From IMG/VR virus record IMGVR_UViG_3300005805_000206, positions 1 through 38,795 of that record: a stretch of DNA of 38,795 nucleotides. The stretch is one strand, 5' to 3'. Below are positions 1 through 7,356 of this stretch, piece by piece. The notes beneath the pieces are model-generated. The model was not told the DNA's origin and did no database searches. It saw nothing but the letters and a program-made list of their open reading frames with translations. The position numbers were made by a program, and so were the translations under genes. This DNA is from a virus. Its lineage: Duplodnaviria > Caudoviricetes. Every line of letters begins with the position of its first letter. Within the stretch, counting starts at the first letter, position 1.

Positions 1-76
1 CACTGGCACAGCCCTCAGGCTCGAGCCTCGGCGGTCTTAACCGCCAAGAACCCGACCCACCAACCGACCTTCTCGT

Positions 77-277
77 TCATGAGTTCCTGAACGCTTTGTC
101 GGCTTCCCAACTCGTCACCGAGATGACAATGAGCGCCTCTGACATTCGTGCTTCTTGGAGTTGCTCGAGCGTGTCGAAATCTCCGTAGTCGCCCGTGCGC
201 TCTGCGTCCTCCACCAGTTCGAACCAGTTGTTGAGGTACTGCCTCAACTTCTTCATCTCCGCCAGTGTTGCTTCCAT
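77..277 (-). CDS. small acidic hypothetical protein (cassette gene)
   Basis: 66-aa ORF, AAAGGGGA RBS, downstream of promoter copy 337-367. Confidence 0.75.
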   Translation of the reverse strand: MEATLAEMKKLRQYLNNWFELVEDAERTGDYGDFDTLEQLQEARMSEALIVISVTSWEADKAFRNS

Positions 278-296
278 GACTTTCCCCTTTGTTCAG

Positions 297-316
297 ATTG
301 TTCCACGTGGAACAAT
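297..316. promoter_or_regulatory. parS-like palindrome
   Basis: Perfect 20-bp palindrome ATTGTTCCACGTGGAACAAT; the core matches the bacterial parS consensus TGTTNCACGTGNAACA. Confidence 0.65.
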
Positions 317-336
317 TCGTTTTCCTTACAAGACCA

Positions 337-367
337 ACTCTAGTACATGCAATACCAAATTTCCAAA
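337..367 (-). promoter_or_regulatory. repeated phage promoter, copy 1
   Basis: TGGAAA-TTTGGTATTGCATGTAC-TAGAGT (17-nt spacer). Confidence 0.8.
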
Positions 368-470
368 TTCAAACACAGCCCCGCAGAAGTTTTTTTCATT
401 TGACATACAGATGACATACAGGTAACATACAAATTTTTAGCAGCAGAAGGGTAGGCGGGGCTATTTGGGC

Positions 471-542
471 AAAAAAATAAACCACACCAAAACTCTACGC
501 TGTTTGAAAGGGGTAAAACGCGGAGTAATGGTGTGGTTATTT
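471..542 (-). terminator. long hairpin with U-tract
   Basis: ACCACACCA/TGGTGTGGT stem with inner stems, followed by T7 on the minus strand after CDS 570-824. Confidence 0.6.
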
Positions 543-569
543 ATTAGTAGGTATTTCTACCCACTAAAC

Positions 570-824
570 CTAGTTTGACATTTCGTGAGTGTACTCGTCA
601 AACCTTCCGACTAAGTGAGGTTGTAAGACCTCATTGTATCCGTCTGCAATACTGCAAGCCTGTGAGTGTGAAATACAGGGCATTGTGAGTTGCAAAAAGT
701 CGCTACTGTCGCCAGTAGGTGACTGAATATGAAGCATTACTGCCCAAGTAGTAGAAACCCCATAAAGTTGCATTGGGTCGTGAACTACTTGTGCGCTAAC
801 AATTGCGCCTTTACCTTGTCTCAT
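570..824 (-). CDS. hypothetical protein
   Basis: 84 aa, start overlaps stop of 824-1072 (TAATG). Confidence 0.7.
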   Translation of the reverse strand: MRQGKGAIVSAQVVHDPMQLYGVSTTWAVMLHIQSPTGDSSDFLQLTMPCISHSQACSIADGYNEVLQPHLVGRFDEYTHEMSN

Positions 825-1072
825 TACTTACCTACCTTTCCAGTAGTCATTGTTTGCTCTAGCACTAGCCACGAGTGACCAGTACTTGTGTTTGCGTGTA
901 TTTGGAAACTGTAAGTGTTGTAGTCGCCTACACTCTCCCAGTACTCCAAAGCCTCATCAGTTGCCAACCAAGCCTCACACTCTTTACGAGTGTCTGCCTC
1001 AAACGCTGGCGTGTCTCCATCAGGTAGACAGCCCGCGCTTGCCCACCAAACTTGATAAATGGTATGTTTCAT
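824..1072 (-). CDS. hypothetical protein
   Basis: 82 aa, GAAAGGGG RBS, downstream of promoter copy 2. Confidence 0.75.
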   Translation of the reverse strand: MKHTIYQVWWASAGCLPDGDTPAFEADTRKECEAWLATDEALEYWESVGDYNTYSFQIHANTSTGHSWLVLEQTMTTGKVGK

Positions 1073-1121
1073 AATTTCCCCTTTCCGAGAAACTTATGGG
1101 GATATTTTCCCCAGTGAGATA

Positions 1122-1152
1122 ACTATACAGTACGCAATACCAAATTTCCAAA
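1122..1152 (-). promoter_or_regulatory. repeated phage promoter, copy 2
   Basis: TGGAAA-TTTGGTATTGCGTACTG-TATAGT. Confidence 0.8.
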
Positions 1153-1153
1153 G

Positions 1154-1249
1154 TTACTTATTGCGCTTTATTACAGCGTAGATATAGGTAAAGATAACGC
1201 CACTAAGAAACCCAATGACTAATCCTTGTACATACATAACTGCTTCCAC
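1154..1249 (-). CDS. 31-aa single-TM peptide (MEAVMYVQGLVIGFLSGVIFTYIYAVIKRNK)
   Basis: Manually translated; GAAAGGA RBS, GTG start, own TTGACA promoter. Confidence 0.6.
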   Translation of the reverse strand: MEAVMYVQGLVIGFLSGVIFTYIYAVIKRNK

Positions 1250-1278
1250 GATTTTTCCTTTCCGTTGTAGGTGATACT

Positions 1279-1307
1279 AAATTACAGGCTTGTAGTGAGT
1301 GTGTCAA
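1279..1307 (-). promoter_or_regulatory. canonical sigma-70/SigA-type promoter
   Basis: TTGACA-17 nt-TAATTT. Confidence 0.65.
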
Positions 1308-1364
1308 GGATTTCCATATAGCCCCGCTTATCTAGGGCGCACCTAAGAGCCGGGGCTATTGAGT

Positions 1365-1403
1365 GAAAATACCGCCAGGACGATTATGCCCTAACGGTAT
1401 TTC
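1365..1403 (-). terminator. intrinsic terminator
   Basis: GAAATACCGTTAGGGC/GTCCTGGCGGTATTTT hairpin after CDS 1414-1665. Confidence 0.6.
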
Positions 1404-1413
1404 TAACTGATAG

Positions 1414-1665
1414 TTACAGTCCTAGGTCTTCTACCATTGAAGCGTAACCATCAATGTCGTCGCCTAGCAGGTCGGCAAGGGCTAGTAAATCGCCACTGTA
1501 TGCCGATTTTTCGCAAGTAATTCCCCACTCACTGAACGCCACTCCACAGCCCTTAGTCCGAAACAACTTGGATACTTCGGCATAGGTGCTGTCTACTTCG
1601 CCAGCGTAATCGTGGATAGTTTCGTTATCCCAAGGTTCTCTGCAGAACGGGCACTTGATGTCCAT
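1414..1665 (-). CDS. hypothetical protein, CxxC metal-binding
   Basis: 83 aa, CPFC motif, AAAGGGG RBS. Confidence 0.75.
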   Translation of the reverse strand: MDIKCPFCREPWDNETIHDYAGEVDSTYAEVSKLFRTKGCGVAFSEWGITCEKSAYSGDLLALADLLGDDIDGYASMVEDLGL

Positions 1666-1696
1666 AACTTATTCCCCTTTATTAGTAGTTGAGTAA

Positions 1697-1727
1697 ATCG
1701 TACTGTACGGAATACCAAATTTCCAAA
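1697..1727 (-). promoter_or_regulatory. repeated phage promoter, copy 3
   Basis: TGGAAA-TTTGGTATTCCGTACAG-TACGAT. Confidence 0.8.
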
Positions 1728-1823
1728 ATAGCTCTATGGCCCCGCGTTTCCGGCTGCGCCGTGCTAGCGGCGGGGCTCTCTAGACGAAGGTAGTGACCGT
1801 TGTGGTCACCACCCTCGGAACGA

Positions 1824-1943
1824 CTATTCGTCGTCGTCGTCCCAGTCGTCGTCGCCGTGGTAGGCGCGCTCAGCCCAGTAGGCGTCGTCGGCGCGTTCCT
1901 CGGCTGCGTGCCCGCAGCACGGGCGGTCTTCGCATTGGCACAT
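1824..1943 (-). CDS. 39-aa Cys-rich, acidic peptide (MCQCEDRPCCGHAAEERADDAYWAERAYHGDDDWDDDDE)
   Basis: Manually translated; GAAAGGGGGTG RBS directly after promoter copy 4. Confidence 0.7.
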   Translation of the reverse strand: MCQCEDRPCCGHAAEERADDAYWAERAYHGDDDWDDDDE

Positions 1944-1971
1944 ATTCACCCCCTTTCAAGTAGGTACTAAT

Positions 1972-2002
1972 ATTTTAGGGCATTGGATACCAAATTTCCA
2001 AA
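1972..2002 (-). promoter_or_regulatory. repeated phage promoter, copy 4
   Basis: TGGAAA-TTTGGTATCCAATGCCC-TAAAAT. Confidence 0.8.
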
Positions 2003-2072
2003 ATATGTTTCGAACACGCGGCGGGACTTATGCCTGGGCGTAAGTGCTGGGCACAGCCCCGCGCAACCGCAC

Positions 2073-2119
2073 AAAAAGGCTCGGACCCGAGCCACCCGAA
2101 GGCGACCCGAGCCCGAGCC
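2073..2119 (-). terminator. intrinsic terminator with cUUCGg tetraloop
   Basis: 19-bp stem with several G-U pairs (these pair on the minus-strand RNA only), TTCG loop, T5 tail. Confidence 0.7.
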
Positions 2120-2131
2120 CGAACCCGAGGG

Positions 2132-2308
2132 CTACCAGCCTTCGCGCTTGCTCTGCACATACTCCATGTAATCCATCGCTTCCTGTTCGGTTGCGAAGCG
2201 TGCATAGAAGGCATCGTGCTTTGCTTTAGCCCGAGCCTTGCGCTCTGCGTCAAGTGCTCGGATTGCCTCAATTGCCTCGGCAGCCGATTCGTACATTCCA
2301 TCTTTCAT
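2132..2308 (-). CDS. small helical hypothetical protein
   Basis: Start moved to MKDGMYE after the AAGGGGTG RBS; 58 aa. Confidence 0.7.
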   Translation of the reverse strand: MKDGMYESAAEAIEAIRALDAERKARAKAKHDAFYARFATEQEAMDYMEYVQSKREGW

Positions 2309-2339
2309 TTTTGTCACCCCCTTCCCTTTCACATCTCAA

Positions 2340-2370
2340 ACATTACCCGAGGCAATACCAAATTTCTAAA
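2340..2370 (-). promoter_or_regulatory. repeated phage promoter, copy 5
   Basis: TAGAAA-TTTGGTATTGCCTCGGG-TAATGT. Confidence 0.75.
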
Positions 2371-2429
2371 TAGCTCTATGGCCCCGCTTGCCAGGCTGCG
2401 CCCTTCTAATGCCCGGGGCTTTTGCAAAT

Positions 2430-2462
2430 AAAGAGAGTGCTACCGTTTCAGATAACACTCCC
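2430..2462 (-). terminator. intrinsic terminator (family with 2889 and 3841)
   Basis: GAGTGTTATC...GGTAGCACTC stem with GAAA-containing loop, right after stop of 2468-2767. Confidence 0.55.
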
Positions 2463-2467
2463 TTTTA

Positions 2468-2767
2468 CTAGCGGTGGGGAAGGTTTACAAAGTACTCATC
2501 GCCCTCGCAGGAAGCCAAGCGGCAGGTTTTGCTATACTCGACACGAGCAGCCTCTCCCATTGCCTGCCATGCAGCCTCATCAGGGCAGACAGCGAGCACG
2601 AGCAGTTGGAAGTTCTCCATTCCCAAGAGCCTGTGGTGGCGGCGAGCCTTGCGCAAACAGAAATCCTGCACTTTAGCAGGGGCAGGGTGAGCCTCGTCAA
2701 AGGCGAAGGTTTGCTCGTAGGTAGATGGGTCGTACCCATCAGCCCAAAGAATACGGACAGTGAACAT
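2468..2767 (-). CDS. hypothetical protein
   Basis: 99 aa, GAAAGGGG RBS. Confidence 0.7.
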   Translation of the reverse strand: MFTVRILWADGYDPSTYEQTFAFDEAHPAPAKVQDFCLRKARRHHRLLGMENFQLLVLAVCPDEAAWQAMGEAARVEYSKTCRLASCEGDEYFVNLPHR

Positions 2768-2800
2768 GAAAAACCCCTTTCACGGGTGGTAGGTAGTACA

Positions 2801-2831
2801 AGATTACAGCACCCAATACCAAATTTCCAAA
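2801..2831 (-). promoter_or_regulatory. repeated phage promoter, copy 6
   Basis: TGGAAA-TTTGGTATTGGGTGCTG-TAATCT. Confidence 0.8.
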
Positions 2832-2888
2832 CCTTCGCGCGGGGCTCGCCGGGAGCTTAGTTGGCCTCATAGCCCCGGCGACGGCAAT

Positions 2889-2920
2889 AAAAAGAGCGCC
2901 ACCATTTCTGATGACGCTCT
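2889..2920 (-). terminator. intrinsic terminator
   Basis: AGAGCGTCATCA-GAAA-TGGTGGCGCTCT plus T-tract. Confidence 0.7.
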
Positions 2921-2931
2921 CTATTTATTGA

Positions 2932-3285
2932 CTAGCAACCAGCGAGACGCTCGGCGCGTGATACAGAGTAATCTTGGTACTCTGCCCGCATATACCTATC
3001 AAGGTACTCGCGAGCCTCGTCAGAGAGTTCCTCTTCGTTGAGTACTAGATACTTGCCAGTTCCGTCGCAGTCGCCACATGGCTCGTCATAGCGACCCGAG
3101 AGATAGTTCTCACGGAAGTCGTCATCTTGCTCATTCCACTCGTCAGCCGAGTATGCGCCGAACCTGCTGGAGTGACCACCATTGCCACGACAAAGGTCGC
3201 AAATGACCCAGTCCTCTTGTACAGGGCAACGCCCGATTTCCTCGTCGGCAATTGCCTGACGAATAACTTCCGCATAATTACTCAT
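2932..3285 (-). CDS. zinc-finger protein with two CxxCxGxG (DnaJ-type) motifs
   Basis: CDLCRGNG and CGDCDGTG; AAAAGGGG RBS. Confidence 0.8.
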   Translation of the reverse strand: MSNYAEVIRQAIADEEIGRCPVQEDWVICDLCRGNGGHSSRFGAYSADEWNEQDDDFRENYLSGRYDEPCGDCDGTGKYLVLNEEELSDEAREYLDRYMRAEYQDYSVSRAERLAGC

Positions 3286-3315
3286 AAAATAACCCCTTTT
3301 CTAGTAGTTACTAAT

Positions 3316-3346
3316 ACTTTACGGCATCAAATATCAAATTTCCAAA
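3316..3346 (-). promoter_or_regulatory. repeated phage promoter, copy 7 (variant)
   Basis: TGGAAA-TTTGATATTTGATGCCG-TAAAGT. Confidence 0.75.
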
Positions 3347-3510
3347 ACAGGGTTACTCTGTGACCCGGGGCTCTGAGGCCATCCACGACCACCCGTAGCT
3401 GATTCCCAATCGAGTGCAGCCCCAAGCTCTAGCCCCGCATTTTATTTGGGCCGCAGTTGTGACGGGGCTTTTGATAGCAAAGAAGCAAGGTGATTAGCCC
3501 TGCCCCCTGA

Positions 3511-3711
3511 CTAGGCGTAGTAGTTGTAAGCGTTGCGGTAATGAGCCCAGTCGAGCCCGTGCGGGTCGTTTGCGAACTGGGCGCAGGCAAGGACTTCGCT
3601 CATACAGTCGTTGCAGAAAGCGTGGGGCGTGTCGAGCCAGCCCTCGTCTCCCTCGCACCTCTCGCAAAGGTCGGGCTTGATTTTCCTGATTTTTTCGAGT
3701 TGTGATTTCAT
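3511..3711 (-). CDS. CxxC...CxxC zinc-binding protein, leaderless
   Basis: ATG lies 6 nt after the -10 of copy 8; CERC and CNDC motifs. Confidence 0.7.
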   Translation of the reverse strand: MKSQLEKIRKIKPDLCERCEGDEGWLDTPHAFCNDCMSEVLACAQFANDPHGLDWAHYRNAYNYYA

Positions 3712-3717
3712 AAGTAA

Positions 3718-3748
3718 AGAGTAACAAGCGCAATACCAAATTTCCAAA
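3718..3748 (-). promoter_or_regulatory. repeated phage promoter, copy 8
   Basis: TGGAAA-TTTGGTATTGCGCTTGT-TACTCT. Confidence 0.8.
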
Positions 3749-3840
3749 TTACAGCCCGTGCGTACCTCGTCTTATAGAGCATGTGTTGAGCCCCGTATCT
3801 AACTGTTGCTGCAGTTGAGTGTCGGGGCTTTTGATAAACG

Positions 3841-3873
3841 AAAGAGCGTTACCATTTCTGATAACGCCCTTTT
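3841..3873 (-). terminator. intrinsic terminator
   Basis: AGGGCGTTATCA-GAAA-TGGTAACGCTCT, near-copy of the 2889 terminator. Confidence 0.7.
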
Positions 3874-3874
3874 G

Positions 3875-4174
3875 TTATTTTTTGTTCAGTACTTCTGCAA
3901 GGTTGTCAAGAACCTTAAGAGTCTTTTCCCTGTTTCCGCCTCTGCACACATAATCCCAAGCAAGGCTGACAGCGTCTTGAACTTCAGGGCTGACCTCAAA
4001 GTCGTCCTTCCAAATTGTGTCCTTGGAAAACAGAAATATGTTTCGCAATCTAATCCACTCGTCAACAGTGGTGAAAGTTGCATAATCATTCCTGAACTTG
4101 GTTACCTGTTCAGAGATAGAGAACACCCTTCCCGTCCAAACCCACACACCGTCTTTCTCGTCATAGACAAGCAT
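3875..4174 (-). CDS. hypothetical protein
   Basis: 99 aa, GAAAGGG RBS. Confidence 0.75.
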   Translation of the reverse strand: MLVYDEKDGVWVWTGRVFSISEQVTKFRNDYATFTTVDEWIRLRNIFLFSKDTIWKDDFEVSPEVQDAVSLAWDYVCRGGNREKTLKVLDNLAEVLNKK

Positions 4175-4204
4175 AATTACACCCTTTCAATAGTAGATAT
4201 ATAT

Positions 4205-4235
4205 AACTTACAGTATGCAATACCAAATTTTCTAA
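4205..4235 (-). promoter_or_regulatory. repeated phage promoter, copy 9 (variant)
   Basis: AGAAAA-TTTGGTATTGCATACTG-TAAGTT. Confidence 0.7.
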
Positions 4236-4446
4236 GTACGGCCAGCCCCGCTTCGACAGCTCTGCACCTCAGGTGCCGGGGCTCCGGGAAAATTTTAGCC
4301 GGGTGAACAGCCGGAAAGGTCCGGAAATTGCGTCTGCACACTTTCGTAACCGGCAGCTTCGCATTTGACGCACCGGTAAACATCTACCGGTAAGTCCTGT
4401 GCAGGCCTGAAGTCATGCACACAAGCGATTACAAAATCGGGCACGC

Positions 4447-4701
4447 TTACCATGTGGACATGTCCACTCGACTGTGAGGGAAATCGGCGGCGAAGCCTGT
4501 AGTCCAAATTGCGTTGCCTGTAGGGCACCTGTAAGTGTCATGCTGTCCGAGCTTGTCCAGTATGTCCACGATTACTTCGTCACCAGCGACTGTCACCAGT
4601 ATCACGTGGCCCTCGTAAATCTTGTACGAGGCGTCACCTGCGTTGATGTAGGTGCCAATGCGCAGCTTCTCTGCGTCTACGAGTTGCGGAGTGTAGTTCA
4701 T
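4447..4701 (-). CDS. hypothetical protein
   Basis: Start MNYTPQ overlaps the upstream stop (ATGA). Confidence 0.6.
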   Translation of the reverse strand: MNYTPQLVDAEKLRIGTYINAGDASYKIYEGHVILVTVAGDEVIVDILDKLGQHDTYRCPTGNAIWTTGFAADFPHSRVDMSTW

Positions 4702-4820
4702 TCGCAGTCCAACCCGTCCATGAATGCTTCGTTGTCTGAGTACCACGCGAGGTCGTCCTCATGTACGAGGTGCCCGTCCAGTGTGTACTCTCCGTCGTCC
4801 CACGAATTGATGTCGCTCAT
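4698..4820 (-). CDS. 40-aa highly acidic peptide (MSDINSWDDGEYTLDGHLVHEDDLAWYSDNEAFMDGLDCE)
   Basis: Manually translated; GAAAGGGG RBS after promoter copy 10. Confidence 0.7.
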   Translation of the reverse strand: MSDINSWDDGEYTLDGHLVHEDDLAWYSDNEAFMDGLDCE

Positions 4821-4860
4821 TTTGTGCCCCTTTCAGTTGGCCTTGCTTCCTGTACTCCAC

Positions 4861-4891
4861 ACACTACAGCACTCAATACCAAATTTCCAAA
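4861..4891 (-). promoter_or_regulatory. repeated phage promoter, copy 10
   Basis: TGGAAA-TTTGGTATTGAGTGCTG-TAGTGT. Confidence 0.8.
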
Positions 4892-4915
4892 ACGGGTGAG
4901 GGCAGGCCACCCGGG

Positions 4916-4929
4916 CGAACATATGTTCG
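4916..4929. promoter_or_regulatory. LexA (SOS) box, Gram-positive type
   Basis: CGAAC-ATAT-GTTCG, about 25 bp upstream of promoter copy 10. Confidence 0.6.
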
Positions 4930-5030
4930 TGCGCGACCCGGAGTCCCGGCTATCGGGAACGAGTGGCGGGGCTTATGGAAAATTTCGGGGGTATAACAAG
5001 GTTTTTATTCCCTGTCACACCCCCTCGGGT

Positions 5031-5348
5031 TTAGAACTCGTAGGAGTAGTAATACCTGCGACCGCTCAGGTGAAGTACAGCCCAACTATCCAACGAATCA
5101 CCAATCTGAACCCACCTTCCGTTTTTGCGGAGTGTAAAGCAAGCGGTTGGGTTGTTTGGGTTTGGTGTGATTTCCCAGTCGTTGCTGTAAGGCTTCGCAC
5201 CTTCGGCTGGCTTGACATCGTCTTGCTGAACGATAATTTTCTTTCCGTTTTCACTAACGAAAACAATCGTTACTGAGTGGGTATCCACTCCGTTGCTAAC
5301 GTGTGCGCCGTTTCCGACTACTGGCTTTATTCTTTCTTTGGTTTCCAT
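5031..5348 (-). CDS. hypothetical protein
   Basis: 105 aa, GAAAGGGG RBS. Confidence 0.8.
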   Translation of the reverse strand: METKERIKPVVGNGAHVSNGVDTHSVTIVFVSENGKKIIVQQDDVKPAEGAKPYSNDWEITPNPNNPTACFTLRKNGRWVQIGDSLDSWAVLHLSGRRYYYSYEF

Positions 5349-5383
5349 TGTGTCCCCTTTCGTGGAACTCGTTTACAAATGAA

Positions 5384-5414
5384 ATCTTACAGTACCCAAT
5401 ACCAAATTTCCAAA
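5384..5414 (-). promoter_or_regulatory. repeated phage promoter, copy 11
   Basis: TGGAAA-TTTGGTATTGGGTACTG-TAAGAT. Confidence 0.8.
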
Positions 5415-5428
5415 ATGGAACGAACAGG

Positions 5429-5442
5429 CGAACAGGTGTTCG
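5429..5442. promoter_or_regulatory. LexA (SOS) box, Gram-positive type
   Basis: CGAAC-AGGT-GTTCG, about 15 bp upstream of promoter copy 11. Confidence 0.6.
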
Positions 5443-5499
5443 GTTTTTATAGGCAGCCCCGCTGCCGTAATTTTTTATTATCACACCGGGGCTAATGAG

Positions 5500-5533
5500 A
5501 AAAAAAGAGCAGGCGCTTTCGCACCCACTCTCT
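5500..5533 (-). terminator. intrinsic terminator
   Basis: AGAGTGGGTGC-GAAA-GCGCCTGCTCT plus T-tract. Confidence 0.75.
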
Positions 5534-5539
5534 GTTTCG

Positions 5540-5740
5540 TTAGAACTTTTCTATAGCGTTCGCCAATTTTGACGACAAGTGTTGAGCCGACAGTTCTAGG
5601 TTAGCCATCACAATGGCGAGGTAACCATTCGCAACAATTGTTTCGTCGTAGTATTTTTTTTGCATTACATCTTTTGCGTCAGTGATGGCGATAATTTGAT
5701 TTATCGTCTCTTGGATTGTGAGTGTGCTTTCTGTTTCCAT
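5540..5740 (-). CDS. hypothetical protein
   Basis: Start moved to METESTL after the GAAAGGGG RBS. Confidence 0.7.
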   Translation of the reverse strand: METESTLTIQETINQIIAITDAKDVMQKKYYDETIVANGYLAIVMANLELSAQHLSSKLANAIEKF

Positions 5741-5778
5741 TTCGTGCCCCTTTCGTAGGCTTGTTGTTGTTACTGGTA

Positions 5779-5809
5779 AGCGTACAGGACGCAATACCAA
5801 ATTTCCAAA
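5779..5809 (-). promoter_or_regulatory. repeated phage promoter, copy 12
   Basis: TGGAAA-TTTGGTATTGCGTCCTG-TACGCT. Confidence 0.8.
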
Positions 5810-5898
5810 ATTATGCCTAGCCCCGCTGCGCCGTGATGTAAAGAATTTATGCCGGGGCTTTTTGCTCTAGATTTTTTGCGGAGAACAATTCATAAAGC

Positions 5899-5948
5899 GA
5901 AATCACTGCCGGGGAGCAGTGTGGCGCAAACTCCCCGGCAGTGATTTC
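5899..5948 (-). terminator. strong hairpin after CDS 5947-6192
   Basis: GAAATCACTGCCGGGGAG / CTCCCCGGCAGTGATTTC 18-bp perfect inverted repeat. Confidence 0.6.
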
Positions 5949-6192
5949 AGACAACAGACTTTGCATTTTCGCGATTGGCATATGCAACACAATCTTTTTT
6001 GCTCAGGCCAAGATATTCGCAATTTTCGGTTTCTGTATCAACGACAATCCATTCCGTACGGGTCGTCATGTGAAACCACTTACCAGTGTTGATATCAACC
6101 TCGTTCATGAAACGCTGGTGAAACTGCTCGCATTTTTCGTGCTCGCAAGGCACATTCATCACGTCTTTGCGAACTTCGTATCGTGCCTTCAT
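5947..6192 (-). CDS. hypothetical protein
   Basis: 81 aa, GAAAGGGG RBS. Confidence 0.75.
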   Translation of the reverse strand: MKARYEVRKDVMNVPCEHEKCEQFHQRFMNEVDINTGKWFHMTTRTEWIVVDTETENCEYLGLSKKDCVAYANRENAKSVV

Positions 6193-6220
6193 TTTTATCC
6201 CCTTTCAGTTGGATAAGTAA

Positions 6221-6251
6221 AGCATACAAGACGGAATACCAAATTTCCAAA
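6221..6251 (-). promoter_or_regulatory. repeated phage promoter, copy 13
   Basis: TGGAAA-TTTGGTATTCCGTCTTG-TATGCT. Confidence 0.8.
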
Positions 6252-6342
6252 ACGGAATGCGGGGCTATACCGGCACACCAAAGTACCAGGCTGTTTGGGA
6301 AAAGCCACCCGTGTCGAAGCTGGCCGAAGCTCTGAGCCCCGC

Positions 6343-6492
6343 TTACTGACTTACTGAAGCACTTTCTGTCGTCATCAAGTGAAGCCGTATGTCAAGAAGC
6401 AAGTCCTGCATTTCACTTGAGGCTACGAGTTCACGGCTAGAGATATTTACTAGCGCCTTGTCAAGAAGTGTGATTATTTCTTTTTCGTTCAT
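6343..6492 (-). CDS. 49-aa hypothetical protein
   Basis: Manually translated (MNEKEIITLLDKAL...), ATGA overlap with the upstream gene. Confidence 0.6.
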   Translation of the reverse strand: MNEKEIITLLDKALVNISSRELVASSEMQDLLLDIRLHLMTTESASVSQ

Positions 6493-6671
6493 TGTGGGCA
6501 GTCCTCGTATGGGTTGGGGTTTCCTTCATTGTCCTCGCAAGAACAAAATCCAAATAATTCTACTTGTGTCTCGTGTGTAAGTTCAGCCAAGTCCTCGTAT
6601 GAAGGTGAACCGCCGAGTTGGTCAATAACCAAACTCCAGTAGTCCACAAACAATTTCTCTGCCGAGTTCAT
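6489..6671 (-). CDS. small acidic hypothetical protein
   Basis: ATGA-coupled to 6668-6904. Confidence 0.65.
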   Translation of the reverse strand: MNSAEKLFVDYWSLVIDQLGGSPSYEDLAELTHETQVELFGFCSCEDNEGNPNPYEDCPQ

Positions 6672-6904
6672 TTCGCACAACTCGGACAAATTGCTTTGAT
6701 TGTGTTCCTGTAATCAGTGAATTGCCACTTACCGTAGAAGTAATCCTCATCACCCATATCAATAATCAGTGAGTAAATATCGGTGTAGCAATATGTTCCC
6801 GAACTACCGCAGTCTGCACAGTGGGCTCTGATAACTTTTTCATTACCAGCCATTTCTGTTCTAAGACTTTTTCCGTTAGCCCGTGCTTTCGTTGAGTTGG
6901 TCAC
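6668..6904 (-). CDS. CxxC...CxxC zinc-binding protein
   Basis: CADC and CPSC; GAAAGGGG RBS. Confidence 0.7.
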   Translation of the reverse strand: MTNSTKARANGKSLRTEMAGNEKVIRAHCADCGSSGTYCYTDIYSLIIDMGDEDYFYGKWQFTDYRNTIKAICPSCAK

Positions 6905-6943
6905 TACCTTGCCCCTTTCATAAGGCTCGTTGCTGTTATGTCA

Positions 6944-6974
6944 ATCGTATAGCACGCAATACCAAATTTCCAAA
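6944..6974 (-). promoter_or_regulatory. repeated phage promoter, copy 14
   Basis: TGGAAA-TTTGGTATTGCGTGCTA-TACGAT. Confidence 0.8.
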
Positions 6975-6997
6975 CCCACCAAGAGCCCCGGTGTGTG

Positions 6998-7330
6998 TTA
7001 CGCACACTCTTCCATTACTTGACCACCGTCTGTTATGCGCAACTCGCAAGCATTGTGTGTCGGTAGGTAGATAGTGTCGCCAATAGTAAGTGTTGTGCCG
7101 TACAACTCAACAAGCCTGTCCACTACTTCCATAGTGTTGCCTTCGCACTTTGTACGGGCTATCCAATAGAGAGTGTCACCACTTTCTACTCTGACTGGTG
7201 TTCCGTCACAAAAGAACTCACTGTCTCTCGTGTTCTGTCTGTCTAAGTATCCAAATGCGAACACTGACGCAATTGTTATTGCGATAGTGACAAGCACTGT
7301 CTTTGCTATTCGGTAGGTGTTCTCGTTCAT
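6998..7330 (-). CDS. membrane-anchored LysM-domain protein
   Basis: N-terminal TM helix; VRVESGDTLYWIA...LTIGDTIYLP LysM signature; GAAAGGA RBS before MNENTY. Confidence 0.8.
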   Translation of the reverse strand: MNENTYRIAKTVLVTIAITIASVFAFGYLDRQNTRDSEFFCDGTPVRVESGDTLYWIARTKCEGNTMEVVDRLVELYGTTLTIGDTIYLPTHNACELRITDGGQVMEECA

Positions 7331-7356
7331 TACTGTTCCTTTCAGTAGGTAACTCA

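Noticed and set aside
1975-2431. Overlapping ORFs 1975-2301, 1983-2171, 2030-2431 with PEPEP/RARAR repeats
   Set aside because: They come from the CCCGAG-rich terminator hairpin, cross promoter motifs and have no RBS.
3712-3747. ORF starts reading MEIWY (also 16383-16418) and recurring WKFGI / NTKFP / IPNFQ peptides
   Set aside because: These are translations of the promoter motif in different frames, not a protein repeat.
6343-6492. Possible paralogy with 22584-22769 (E..D.LLD.R)
   Set aside because: The match is too short to support without an alignment search.
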